From: an uncultured virus (IMG/VR IMGVR_UViG_3300023184_000088)
Taxonomy: Duplodnaviria > Heunggongvirae > Uroviricota > Caudoviricetes
Reading direction: 5' to 3' (one strand)
DNA: 64,000 nt
Virus record (IMG/VR): IMGVR_UViG_3300023184_000088
Coordinates: 1 to 64,000 of that record
Shown here: positions 11,391 to 20,841 of the stretch, one piece after another
Layout of the letters: every line of letters begins with the position of its first letter
Position numbering within the stretch: the first letter of the stretch is position 1
Notes under the pieces: generated by a model
The model's database searches: none
What the model saw: only the letters and a program-made list of their open reading frames with translations
Told to the model about the DNA's origin: nothing
Made by a program: the position numbers and the translations under genes

Positions 11391-12608
11391 ATGAAAGAAA
11401 AAATTAATGTATTAGTTCTACCATCAGATACGTCAGGTGTTGGAAAATTTCGTTCGGTAGACCCTCATGTATTCTTACAAAACCAATATCCCGATGATTT
11501 TCATGTGGATATTGACTATACCCCAAAGATAGATGATATTAATTATTGGAAAAAATATCAGATAATTCACGCACATAGAACTATTGGTAATAACTACGAA
11601 GTGTCGTCACAAATAATCAAAGGGTTAAAAGAATTAGGGATTATTGTTATTGTTGATATTGATGATTATTGGTTACCAACAATAGACCACCCAATCCATA
11701 GTATTATTGTAAAACATAAAATTCATGAGAAAATTGTTGCGAATTTAAAAGAAGCCAGTTATGTAACAACAACAACTGATTTATTTGCAAACGAAATTCG
11801 TAAGCTTAATAAAAATGTATTAGTTTTACCAAACGCTATAAATCCAAAAGAAGGACAATTTAATCAACCAACACCACCATCAGAAAAAATTAGAGTTGGA
11901 TGGCTCGGAGGTAGTTCTCACATTGAGGATTTAAATTTGTTGGGGGATTTTGTTCAAAAAAATCAAGACATAAATGATAAATTACAATATGTTATTTGTG
12001 GTTTTGATATTAGAGGTACCGTAACAGAACTTAACCCACAAACAGGTGAAGAACGAAAAAGAGACATATTACCTCACGAAACTGTTTGGACTAAATATGA
12101 AGATATTTTTACCAACAAATATAAAACTGTCGATGAGAACTATAAAAAACATTTATTAGAGTTCAAAGAACGAGAATTCTTATCAACAAGTGATTTACCA
12201 TATGTTAGAGTTTGGACAAAACCTGTTACAACTTATGCTATGAATTATTCAAAATTTGATATATCTTTGGCACCGATTAAAAATCATATCTTCAATAGGA
12301 TGAAATCTCAATTAAAAGTGATTGAGGCTGGGTTTTATAAAAAAGCATTAATTGCATCAGAAATAGGTCCTTACACCATTGATTTAAAACATTGTTTGAA
12401 AAATGGTAATTTTACTGATGGTAATGCAATTTTAATTCCTGAAAATAGAAATCATAGTGATTGGTCTAAATCAATTAAAAAGTTGGTTCAAAACCCTGAA
12501 ATGATTACTGAATTGGGTGAGAGATTATTTGAGACCGTTAAAGACAAATATGATTTAAAAAATGTTACGATTACAAGAGCAGAATTTTACAAATCTTTAA
12601 TTAAATAA
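11391..12608 (+). CDS. Glycosyltransferase, GT-B fold (GT4-like)
   Basis: DIDDYW, VGWLGGSSH, DISLAP...FNRMKSQLKVIEAG motifs. Confidence 0.85.
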   Translation: MKEKINVLVLPSDTSGVGKFRSVDPHVFLQNQYPDDFHVDIDYTPKIDDINYWKKYQIIHAHRTIGNNYEVSSQIIKGLKELGIIVIVDIDDYWLPTIDHPIHSIIVKHKIHEKIVANLKEASYVTTTTDLFANEIRKLNKNVLVLPNAINPKEGQFNQPTPPSEKIRVGWLGGSSHIEDLNLLGDFVQKNQDINDKLQYVICGFDIRGTVTELNPQTGEERKRDILPHETVWTKYEDIFTNKYKTVDENYKKHLLEFKEREFLSTSDLPYVRVWTKPVTTYAMNYSKFDISLAPIKNHIFNRMKSQLKVIEAGFYKKALIASEIGPYTIDLKHCLKNGNFTDGNAILIPENRNHSDWSKSIKKLVQNPEMITELGERLFETVKDKYDLKNVTITRAEFYKSLIK

Positions 12609-12611
12609 AAA

Positions 12612-13313
12612 ATGATAAACATACCTTTAACCAAAATATTGTTTCTTGATATTGAAACAGTTGGTGGATGTAAAAACTATACCGAGTGTAAAGTTAACAA
12701 TCCAAATGTCGCAAAACAATTTGAGAAATATTTTGATTGGTTTCAAAAAAGATTTCCGGAAGATATTGGAGAATCATTAGACTATGTTTTTGAAAACCGA
12801 GCGGCTTTAGTTCCCGAGTTTGCAAAAATTGTTTGTGTTAGTGTAGCGTTTGTTATGGACAATGGTGATATTAAAAAACAATCATTCTCCGGAGATGATG
12901 AAAAAAAATTACTAAAAGATTGCCAAACATTACTTAATCGTTGTGGTAAATTAGATTTTTATCTATGTGGACATAATCTTAAGAATTTTGATATACCAAT
13001 GTTGGCAAAACGAATGATTGTTAATGGTTTAATGCCTTCATCAATATTACCATCTTACAATACAAAACCTTGGGAGATTAAAGCCATTGACACCAAAGAA
13101 ATTTGGCAATACGGAGCTTACACCGCAATTGGTTCATTGGACTTAATGTGTTCTTGTATGGATGTTCCATCACCAAAGGAAGGTGATGTTACCGGAGATA
13201 AAGTTCACGACGCGTATTGGAATAAAAATATGTTACCAGAAATCACTGCTTATTGTGAACGAGATGTGTTGGTATTAATTGATGTAATAAAAAAATTAAA
13301 AGAATTAGAATAA
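12612..13313 (+). CDS. DnaQ/PolB-like 3'-5' exonuclease
   Basis: FLDIET, GHNLKNFDIP, YCERDV (DEDDy exonuclease motifs). Confidence 0.85.
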   Translation: MINIPLTKILFLDIETVGGCKNYTECKVNNPNVAKQFEKYFDWFQKRFPEDIGESLDYVFENRAALVPEFAKIVCVSVAFVMDNGDIKKQSFSGDDEKKLLKDCQTLLNRCGKLDFYLCGHNLKNFDIPMLAKRMIVNGLMPSSILPSYNTKPWEIKAIDTKEIWQYGAYTAIGSLDLMCSCMDVPSPKEGDVTGDKVHDAYWNKNMLPEITAYCERDVLVLIDVIKKLKELE

Positions 13314-13909
13314 TGGAATATAATAATTTAGATTTTTTAGAGGAAAAGGCTAAAGAATTAAGACAAAGATTAGAGGGTGATTTTGAAGATTTAGATATGA
13401 CCGAAATGATGAATGAATTGGGTGTTGATATTAAAGATTTAGAGGATAAAATGTTAAATCATAGAACTAAACTACCATTACAATTTAATAAATTACATCC
13501 CGATGCAACAACACCAAAATATAATTATGAAGGTGATTCAGGGTTTGACTTACATTCTATTGATGAAGTAGTTATACCCCCATTTGGGAGAGCATTAGTC
13601 CCTACAGGATTATCCTTTGACATTAAAGATGGTTATGAAATTCAAGTTAGAACCAAAAGTGGGTTAGCCATTAATCAGGGTCTTATGATATTAAATTCTC
13701 CCGGAACAGTAGATTCCTCATACACTGGAGAAATAAAAGGAATTATTTTTAACACTAACCCTTTTGAGTTTACAATACATAAAGGTATGAAAATAGGACA
13801 AGCTGTTCTATGTCCTGTTGTAAATGGGGGTTGGGTTGATTTAATAGAAGTTAATAAAATAAACGAAAAAGATAGAGGCGAAAATGGATTCGGAAGTACA
13901 GGAATATAA
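13313..13909 (+). CDS. dut: dUTPase (trimeric) with N-terminal extension
   Basis: GDSGFDL, KSGLA, GTVDSSYTGEI, RGENGFGSTG. Confidence 0.95.
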   Translation: MEYNNLDFLEEKAKELRQRLEGDFEDLDMTEMMNELGVDIKDLEDKMLNHRTKLPLQFNKLHPDATTPKYNYEGDSGFDLHSIDEVVIPPFGRALVPTGLSFDIKDGYEIQVRTKSGLAINQGLMILNSPGTVDSSYTGEIKGIIFNTNPFEFTIHKGMKIGQAVLCPVVNGGWVDLIEVNKINEKDRGENGFGSTGI

Positions 13910-14642
13910 CATAAAAGTTGCATTAGTCTGTATTGCTAAAAATGAGGATAATTACATTCAAGAATGGGTTGATTATAATAAAAAATTGGGGTTTGACGAC
14001 ATTTTCATTTATCAAAACAATTGGAGGTGTTCAATTGACGAACCTAACGTAATTAAAATAGAATACGATGGAGTAACAAGACAAATACCCTGTTATAATG
14101 AATTTATTAAAAATTATAAAAAAGATTATGATTGGGCCGCGTTTTTTGATGTTGATGAATTTTTAGTGTTAAAAAAACATAAAAACATTAAAGAATTTAT
14201 TTTTGATTATAAAGACCACAATGGTATTGGTATTAATTGGGTCATGTTTGGAGATAATGGTTTATCTGAAATTAACAATGAATATACCGTGATTAAAAGA
14301 TTTACCAAATGTCAGTCAATCCCTAACAAACATATAAAAACAATTCTTAATTTAAAAGAATATAATCATATGAGTGTTCACGCTCCAAACAGAGAAATTG
14401 TTGATACTAATTATAGAAAATTTAAAGGCCCTTTTAACGATAAAGGATTAATAGACATAGCACAACTTAATCATTACGCTTGTAAAACAAAAGAAGAGTT
14501 TATCCTTAAATGTGGTAGAGGGAGAGCTGATTTAAAAATAGGTAGAAATATTAAAGAATTTAACGACTTCAATTTTAACGAAATAACCGATTTAACCGCA
14601 TACAATTTTTTATATGATAACAATAATATACTCAACACATAA
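13884..14642 (+). CDS. Glycosyltransferase, GT92/GT2-like
   Basis: IAKNEDNYIQEWVDY, WAAFFDVDEF, QLNHY. Confidence 0.85.
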   Translation: MDSEVQEYNIKVALVCIAKNEDNYIQEWVDYNKKLGFDDIFIYQNNWRCSIDEPNVIKIEYDGVTRQIPCYNEFIKNYKKDYDWAAFFDVDEFLVLKKHKNIKEFIFDYKDHNGIGINWVMFGDNGLSEINNEYTVIKRFTKCQSIPNKHIKTILNLKEYNHMSVHAPNREIVDTNYRKFKGPFNDKGLIDIAQLNHYACKTKEEFILKCGRGRADLKIGRNIKEFNDFNFNEITDLTAYNFLYDNNNILNT

Positions 14643-16131
14643 AGACGAAGCATACAATAACAAATTTAGACAACATTTGTTACAAAGTTCCGGATTAAAA
14701 GATATTCAAATATTAGAATATATTAACCATAATCAATATAGTTTATCCGAATTATATAATAAAGGGATTTCAGAATCAATTTACAATATAATAGTTTGTT
14801 GCCATAATGATATCAAACTTGAAAATGGTTGGGGTAAAAAATTACTTAACGATTTTAATGAAAATCCTGATTATGGTATTATAGGCAAAGCAGGTTCTTG
14901 CTATTTTCCTAAATCCGGAATTTACTGGGAAAGAATGAATCAAACAATGGTTGGTCAAGTTTATCACCACCCTGAAGGTCAGAAAAAATGGATTAACACA
15001 TATTCATCAAAATTACCATATTTAATACCTGTGGTAACTATTGATGGATTATTCATATCGTTTAATAAATTAAAAGTTAATCATCAATTTGACGAAACAA
15101 TTGGTAAATTTCATTTTTATGACCATTTATTTTGTATACCAAATTATTTAGATGGTGTTAAAATTGGTGTTACCTCATCTTTTGAAATTACTCACGAATC
15201 CGTCGGACAACCAAACCAAGAATTTTTTGAATCAAAAGATAAATTTGTTGGAAAGTGGGGTAATAAATTACCTTTGGATTTAAAACCATTTGAGGTTCAC
15301 ATACCAATTATAAAAGAAAAACCATTAAAAAATATTGGTAAAGTAGCTGTTATTATACCAACAAAAGGTAAAACTGAACTACTATTTTCTTGTGTTAATT
15401 CCTTTATTACAAATTGTAATACCAATTTATTTGACATTTTTATTGCCGATACAGGGTCTTCTGAATTTGAGAAAATTGAAATTAAAAAATTTATATTAGA
15501 TAATCAAAATATTATTAATATAAATTTAATTGAATATGATTACTACAACTTTGGTAAAATTAATAATGACGTTGTTAAAAATCATATAACCAATGAATAT
15601 GAATTTTTATTATTTTGTAATAATGACATTAAAATCCTTAATAACATTATCTATGGGATGTTAAAAACTTTTAAGGAAAATCCAAAAATTGGGACAGCGG
15701 GATGTCGACTACATTATGAAAATAACACAATACAACATAATGGTGTTGTTGCTTATATAGATTCTAAAGGTAGTTTTGGTGTGGGACATTTGGAATTAAA
15801 TAAATACTATTCTAACTCATACACAATTAATGATGTTATCGGTTCAACAGGGGGTTTATTAATGATTAAAAAAGTTCTTTTTGAAAAATTGGGAAGTTTT
15901 AATGAAAATTATATTTCTTGTTTTGAGGATGTTGAATTGAATTTAAAATCTATTTTATTAGGATATAGAAATATTTGCGACACTAATTTAGTTGCTTACC
16001 ATTTTGAAAGTCAGACTAGAAATGAAGACCCTAAAAATTTGGAAAAATTAGAAGTAGATTTTAAAAATAATTTGTTCCCTTTTGTTTCTAATAATATTGA
16101 AAAACTACACAAACATCTTTTAAAGATTTAA
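14614..16131 (+). CDS. Two-domain GT-A (GT2-like) glycosyltransferase
   Basis: First domain CCHNDI...IDGLF...FHFYD; second domain VIIPTK...FCNNDI...FEDVELN. Confidence 0.85.
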   Translation: MITIIYSTHKDEAYNNKFRQHLLQSSGLKDIQILEYINHNQYSLSELYNKGISESIYNIIVCCHNDIKLENGWGKKLLNDFNENPDYGIIGKAGSCYFPKSGIYWERMNQTMVGQVYHHPEGQKKWINTYSSKLPYLIPVVTIDGLFISFNKLKVNHQFDETIGKFHFYDHLFCIPNYLDGVKIGVTSSFEITHESVGQPNQEFFESKDKFVGKWGNKLPLDLKPFEVHIPIIKEKPLKNIGKVAVIIPTKGKTELLFSCVNSFITNCNTNLFDIFIADTGSSEFEKIEIKKFILDNQNIININLIEYDYYNFGKINNDVVKNHITNEYEFLLFCNNDIKILNNIIYGMLKTFKENPKIGTAGCRLHYENNTIQHNGVVAYIDSKGSFGVGHLELNKYYSNSYTINDVIGSTGGLLMIKKVLFEKLGSFNENYISCFEDVELNLKSILLGYRNICDTNLVAYHFESQTRNEDPKNLEKLEVDFKNNLFPFVSNNIEKLHKHLLKI

Positions 16132-16186
16132 ACATAGACATTTAAATTAAAAGAAGTATTCTTATAAAATAAAAAACAATTATAAA

Positions 16187-16948
16187 ATGGCTGAACAACG
16201 AAAAAAGAAACCAATAACTACATCTACACCTGAACCAACAGGTAAACCGGTAAGTAAAAAAGAGTTAATTGGTCAAATCATTAAGAGAAAAACTAAAGAA
16301 AAATTTTTAACTCTAAATCAAAAAAAGTATTACGACACTTTAATTGATAGTGAAATAACAATTTGTTCCGGACCGGCAGGTGTTGGTAAAAGTTATATAA
16401 CAATGAAGGCGGCTATTGATTTACTTTCAGAACCAAAAAACTCTTACGAGAAAATAATCATTGTTAGACCGGCTGTTGAGGCTGAAGAAAAATTGGGTTC
16501 CCTACCAGGGAATGTTGAGGAAAAACTTGACCCTTATATTTTCCCATCTTATTACTTATTAAATAAAATTATAGGTAAAGAATCTAGAGAAAAGTTAAAA
16601 GAGATTGAAGTTATTGAAGTATTTGCTTTAGCTTTTATGCGAGGTATGAACATTGATAATTCTATTTTAATTTTTGAAGAAGGTCAAAATGCTTCTCCAA
16701 GTCAAATGAAACTACTGTTAACTAGAATTGGATATAATAGTAAATTCTTTATATCTGGAGATGTGGAACAATCCGATAAATATAAAAATAAAACACATAG
16801 TGGTTTATGGGATGCAATTGAAAAATTTAGAGATGATGATTACGTATCAACATTTGAATTTAAAGATAAAAACGATATTGTAAGAAATCCTTTAATTAGT
16901 AAAATATTACGTAAATACGATAACGAATCCGATGAGAATAGCAATTGA
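16187..16948 (+). CDS. phoH: PhoH-family ATPase
   Basis: GPAGVGKS, RPAVEAEEKLGSLPG, FMRG, LLLTRIG, GDVEQSD, DIVRNPLI. Confidence 0.95.
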   Translation: MAEQRKKKPITTSTPEPTGKPVSKKELIGQIIKRKTKEKFLTLNQKKYYDTLIDSEITICSGPAGVGKSYITMKAAIDLLSEPKNSYEKIIIVRPAVEAEEKLGSLPGNVEEKLDPYIFPSYYLLNKIIGKESREKLKEIEVIEVFALAFMRGMNIDNSILIFEEGQNASPSQMKLLLTRIGYNSKFFISGDVEQSDKYKNKTHSGLWDAIEKFRDDDYVSTFEFKDKNDIVRNPLISKILRKYDNESDENSN

Positions 16949-17531
16949 GATTAATGGCGTTTTAAGAAACACTATTGGTAAAATAGAACAAACATATCAA
17001 AAATATTATATTGACAAAACTGATGGTATTGAAGATGAGATATTCAGTTATGGTATGTCTTTACCGGTAACATCACTAACATTACAAGACCATTTCAAAT
17101 TTCAAAATGATGATGAATTATTTTCATTTTTATATGAAGAATTTCCAATGGAGATATTTGGTCATTCACAATCTTCGGAATACTCAACATTCACCGATTT
17201 AAATGAGATATATGTGAATTTAAGAGACAATCACGAATTATTAATCGTGTCTGACGAAATTGGTAGGTCTAAACCAGCGTCATTATTTTTCTTATCAAAA
17301 TTTGGTTGTTTATTAGAAAAAGTAAAATTTTATAGTAATTCCACAATAAATTCTATGTGGAACGAAATTGATGTTTTACTTACATCAAATCCTACCTTAT
17401 TATTAGAACATCCTTCAGATAAAATATTAATAAAATTTGAGACGGAGTACAATAAAGAGATTAACACAATCCATTCAATAACATCAATTAAAGAACTGGA
17501 AGATAAATTAAAAAAAATTATAGAATGTTAA
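16932..17531 (+). CDS. HAD-fold 5'(3')-nucleotidase-like protein, catalytic motif degenerate
   Basis: MRIAIEINGVLRN aligns to the IAIDxDGVL motif but lacks both Asp. Confidence 0.55.
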   Translation: MRIAIEINGVLRNTIGKIEQTYQKYYIDKTDGIEDEIFSYGMSLPVTSLTLQDHFKFQNDDELFSFLYEEFPMEIFGHSQSSEYSTFTDLNEIYVNLRDNHELLIVSDEIGRSKPASLFFLSKFGCLLEKVKFYSNSTINSMWNEIDVLLTSNPTLLLEHPSDKILIKFETEYNKEINTIHSITSIKELEDKLKKIIEC

Positions 17532-17800
17532 AAGTATTAGGTGAAAATTATTATTTGGATTTAGATAAAATTGATGCTTATGTTCAAATAGAAGAGAAAG
17601 TATCGTCATCCGGAGAAACAGAGGGTACAGCAATTAGTATTATAAAATACGAAACAATTAAATTAATGTTAGAAATAATAATGGACGAACAGGAAGAAAT
17701 TGACGATAAATTAGGTATTAAAGGTATTAGTCAATTATCAATTCCGTTTAAATTAGCCTTTAACACTTTATTATATAAAAATTTACTAAACAAATTATAA
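17525..17800 (+). CDS. Hypothetical protein
   Basis: 91-aa ORF in operon. Confidence 0.7.
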   Translation: MLKVLGENYYLDLDKIDAYVQIEEKVSSSGETEGTAISIIKYETIKLMLEIIMDEQEEIDDKLGIKGISQLSIPFKLAFNTLLYKNLLNKL

Positions 17801-17804
17801 CACA

Positions 17805-18866
17805 ATGACACAAGAACAAATTTCAAAATTAGAGAAATCTATTCAGAACATGAAAGATAAGAAATCTAGAATTTATCTTTTAGTTCAAGACACTAAAGGC
17901 AACGCGAAAGCCTCATTATCCTATATCTACAATTTAGGTATGACATTATTAAATGAAGGGTATAATCCAATTATGTTACACGAAAAATCTGACTACACGG
18001 GAGTTCAAAGTTGGTTAGGTCAGGAGTACATGGATTCATTACCTCATAAACCAATTGAGGGTGAAAATTTAGAGGTTTCTCCTGAAGATTTCATTATTTT
18101 ACCTGAGCTTTATGGGTTTGTAATGAGTCAAATTTCCAATTTACCTTGTGGTAAGATAGTTTTATGTCAAGCATATGACCACATATTAGAAACTTTACAA
18201 CCAGGTCAAACTTGGTCTCAATTAGGGTTTTTCAAATGTATAACAACTTCAGAGATTCAAAAAGAATATTTAGAAAATATTATGAGAAATATCTCATTTG
18301 ATATATTAAAACCATTTATTTCCGACGAATTTATACCAAATCCATTACCGGCTAAACCAATTATTGCCATACACGCTAGAGACCAAAGAGAGTCCACTAA
18401 TATTATAAAATCTTTTTATATTAAATTCCCCCAATATAGATGGGTAACATTTAGAGATATGAGAGGATTATCTGAGACTGAATTTGCAAAAGCACTAAAA
18501 GAGTGTTTTCTTTCTGTTTGGATTGACGAAACAAGTTCGTATGGTACCTTCCCATTAGAATCTATGAAATGTAATGTTCCTGTTTTAGGGTTAGCACCTA
18601 ATTTAGTACCGGAATGGATGAATGAAGATAACGGTATTTGGATTAATAATAAAACACAAATAGTTGATTATATTTCTGACTTTTTACAAAATTGGTTAGA
18701 GGATAGTATTAACGAAAATTTAGAAGGTGAAATGTTAAAAACAGTTGAATCATTGTCAACTAAAGAAACTTTCAACTCCGAAGTAATAAACCTTTTTGAA
18801 AGATACTTGTCTGTTAGATTAGAATCATTTGAAGAACAATTATCTAAACTAGAAACAATAGAATAA
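17805..18866 (+). CDS. Glycosyltransferase-like protein (GT-B)
   Basis: IILPELYG and SSYGTFPLESMKCNVPV (ExFGLPxLEAM-like). Confidence 0.7.
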   Translation: MTQEQISKLEKSIQNMKDKKSRIYLLVQDTKGNAKASLSYIYNLGMTLLNEGYNPIMLHEKSDYTGVQSWLGQEYMDSLPHKPIEGENLEVSPEDFIILPELYGFVMSQISNLPCGKIVLCQAYDHILETLQPGQTWSQLGFFKCITTSEIQKEYLENIMRNISFDILKPFISDEFIPNPLPAKPIIAIHARDQRESTNIIKSFYIKFPQYRWVTFRDMRGLSETEFAKALKECFLSVWIDETSSYGTFPLESMKCNVPVLGLAPNLVPEWMNEDNGIWINNKTQIVDYISDFLQNWLEDSINENLEGEMLKTVESLSTKETFNSEVINLFERYLSVRLESFEEQLSKLETIE

Positions 18867-18867
18867 T

Positions 18868-19680
18868 ATGGAAGAAACTAAAACATTTGATGTATCCGTA
18901 ATATTACCGATAAAATCAGGTAAAACATTAGGATTTACAGAGTATTTTGAAAAATGTATACTATCATTACAAAATCAAAAAGTAGAAATAAATGAACTAA
19001 TAATTGTTCATACTGACGAAAGTTATTTGGTTGATTATTTAAACAAGTTTGACTTTGGAAGTTTAACGGTTAAGAAATACGAATGGACTAAAGACCCTAA
19101 CTACGCCGACCAAATAAACTATGGTGTTAGAAATTCAAATTCAGAATGGGTTTCATTGTTTGAATTTGATGATGAGTATTCTAGTATTTGGTTTAAAAAT
19201 GTTAACCTTTATAGTGAGGTATATCCTGATGTAAACGCTTTTTTACCAATAGTTGTTGATACTGATGAATCGGGTAAATTTGCTGGATTCACTAATGAGG
19301 CAACTTTCGCAGCTAATTTCAGTGAAGAAATGGGTGTGTTAACTAATGAAACATTACTTGACTATCAGAATTTTCAAACATCAGGTATGGTTATTAAAAA
19401 ATCATCATTCCTTGATTTTGGATTAATTAAATCGTCGTTTAAATTAACCTTTGGCTACGAATTCTTTTTAAGAATGACACATAACTCGGTAAAAATTATA
19501 TCAATCCCAAAAATAGGTTATAAACACACAAATTTAAGACAAGGGTCTATTTTTTGGAATTATAAAAATGGTGAAAATGTGTTAACCGATGATGAGATTA
19601 AGTTTTGGATTGATTCAGCAAAAAAAGAATATTTTTTTATTAATGACAGAAACATAAAATACGAACCTCAAGAAGTTTAA
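18868..19680 (+). CDS. Glycosyltransferase family 2-like protein
   Basis: DVSVILPI, NYGV, SLFEFDDEY, YEFFLR. Confidence 0.75.
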   Translation: MEETKTFDVSVILPIKSGKTLGFTEYFEKCILSLQNQKVEINELIIVHTDESYLVDYLNKFDFGSLTVKKYEWTKDPNYADQINYGVRNSNSEWVSLFEFDDEYSSIWFKNVNLYSEVYPDVNAFLPIVVDTDESGKFAGFTNEATFAANFSEEMGVLTNETLLDYQNFQTSGMVIKKSSFLDFGLIKSSFKLTFGYEFFLRMTHNSVKIISIPKIGYKHTNLRQGSIFWNYKNGENVLTDDEIKFWIDSAKKEYFFINDRNIKYEPQEV

Positions 19681-20429
19681 TGAGTGAAATAATTAATTTA
19701 ACAGGAGATACCGTTGTTGAGTTAAAAAAGAAAGGTAGAAAACCAACTCAATTAAATTATTTTGATGTTCGGGAAGAATTGGCGGTTGTTAGATTTTTAT
19801 CAACCGAGGATTATGAAGAAAGAAATAAAATTTATAATGAGTTTTTAAAACAACCTTTAGATAAAATGATATCCTCGATTATTCGTCGATACAAATTATA
19901 TAGAAAAGACATGGATTTCACCGAAATTCATGTAGACACTCATTCATTTTTAATGACCAAGATAGAAAAATTTAAGCCTTCTAGAGAAAAGAAGGCGTAT
20001 TCTTATTTTGGTACCATATGTAAAAATTATTTAATGGGTCAAATCATTAAAGACCAAAAAGAAACAAATAGAAAAATCTCATACGAGGATATCTCAACTA
20101 GTATAGAAAATAATGAAATGTTTTCATATAGTATAGAAAACGATGGGTTAGACCCCGAAAGAATTATTAGACATTTTTTATTAGAATTAGAAAAATTAAT
20201 TAAAGATGGTAATCTTTCAGAAAACGAAATTAAATTGGGACACGCTTTGTACGAAATATTTGAGAATTATGATAAAATTTTTATAGGAAATGATAATAAT
20301 AAATTTAATAAAAACATTATTTTATTATCGCTACGAGAGATGACAAACTTAACAACAAAGGAAATTAGAGGGTCTATGAAAAAATTTAAAAATATGTATT
20401 TGGTGTTAATTCAAAATATGGTTAAATAA
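19680..20429 (+). CDS. Phage sigma factor, T4 gp55 (late)-like
   Basis: KFKPSREKKAYSYFGTICKNY resembles sigma region 2 of gp55-type factors. Confidence 0.65.
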   Translation: MSEIINLTGDTVVELKKKGRKPTQLNYFDVREELAVVRFLSTEDYEERNKIYNEFLKQPLDKMISSIIRRYKLYRKDMDFTEIHVDTHSFLMTKIEKFKPSREKKAYSYFGTICKNYLMGQIIKDQKETNRKISYEDISTSIENNEMFSYSIENDGLDPERIIRHFLLELEKLIKDGNLSENEIKLGHALYEIFENYDKIFIGNDNNKFNKNIILLSLREMTNLTTKEIRGSMKKFKNMYLVLIQNMVK

Positions 20430-20454
20430 ATCACACACCTAAATATTTATCATT

Positions 20455-20835
20455 ATGGCAAGACCGAAAAAAAACGAAATTAATTTATCTAAAGAATCAA
20501 TGTTATCATTGATGCAAGAAATCTATAATGAACTAGTAGAACAGAGAAACACCGCAATCAGAATTCAAAATAAAATGTTGACAATGATGAAGGAACCTGA
20601 AGATATGACTATCATAGGACCTGTAATTGAGAAACAACAAAAAATAATTAATGATTGTGTTGAGAAAAAATTAACTCTTTCTAAACTTCAATCTGGTATG
20701 TGGGAAAAATCTAATAACAATAATAGTGGTGAAAGTTTTTCTATTACTGATTTAGGTGACGATGACGATTTACTAAAAACATTAATTGAAAAAGACATAT
20801 CCAAAAGTTCTGATTCTTATAAAATGAAAAAATAA
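20455..20835 (+). CDS. Hypothetical coiled-coil protein
   Basis: 126-aa ORF with upstream TATTTAT. Confidence 0.7.
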   Translation: MARPKKNEINLSKESMLSLMQEIYNELVEQRNTAIRIQNKMLTMMKEPEDMTIIGPVIEKQQKIINDCVEKKLTLSKLQSGMWEKSNNNNSGESFSITDLGDDDDLLKTLIEKDISKSSDSYKMKK

Positions 20836-20841
20836 TTTAAA

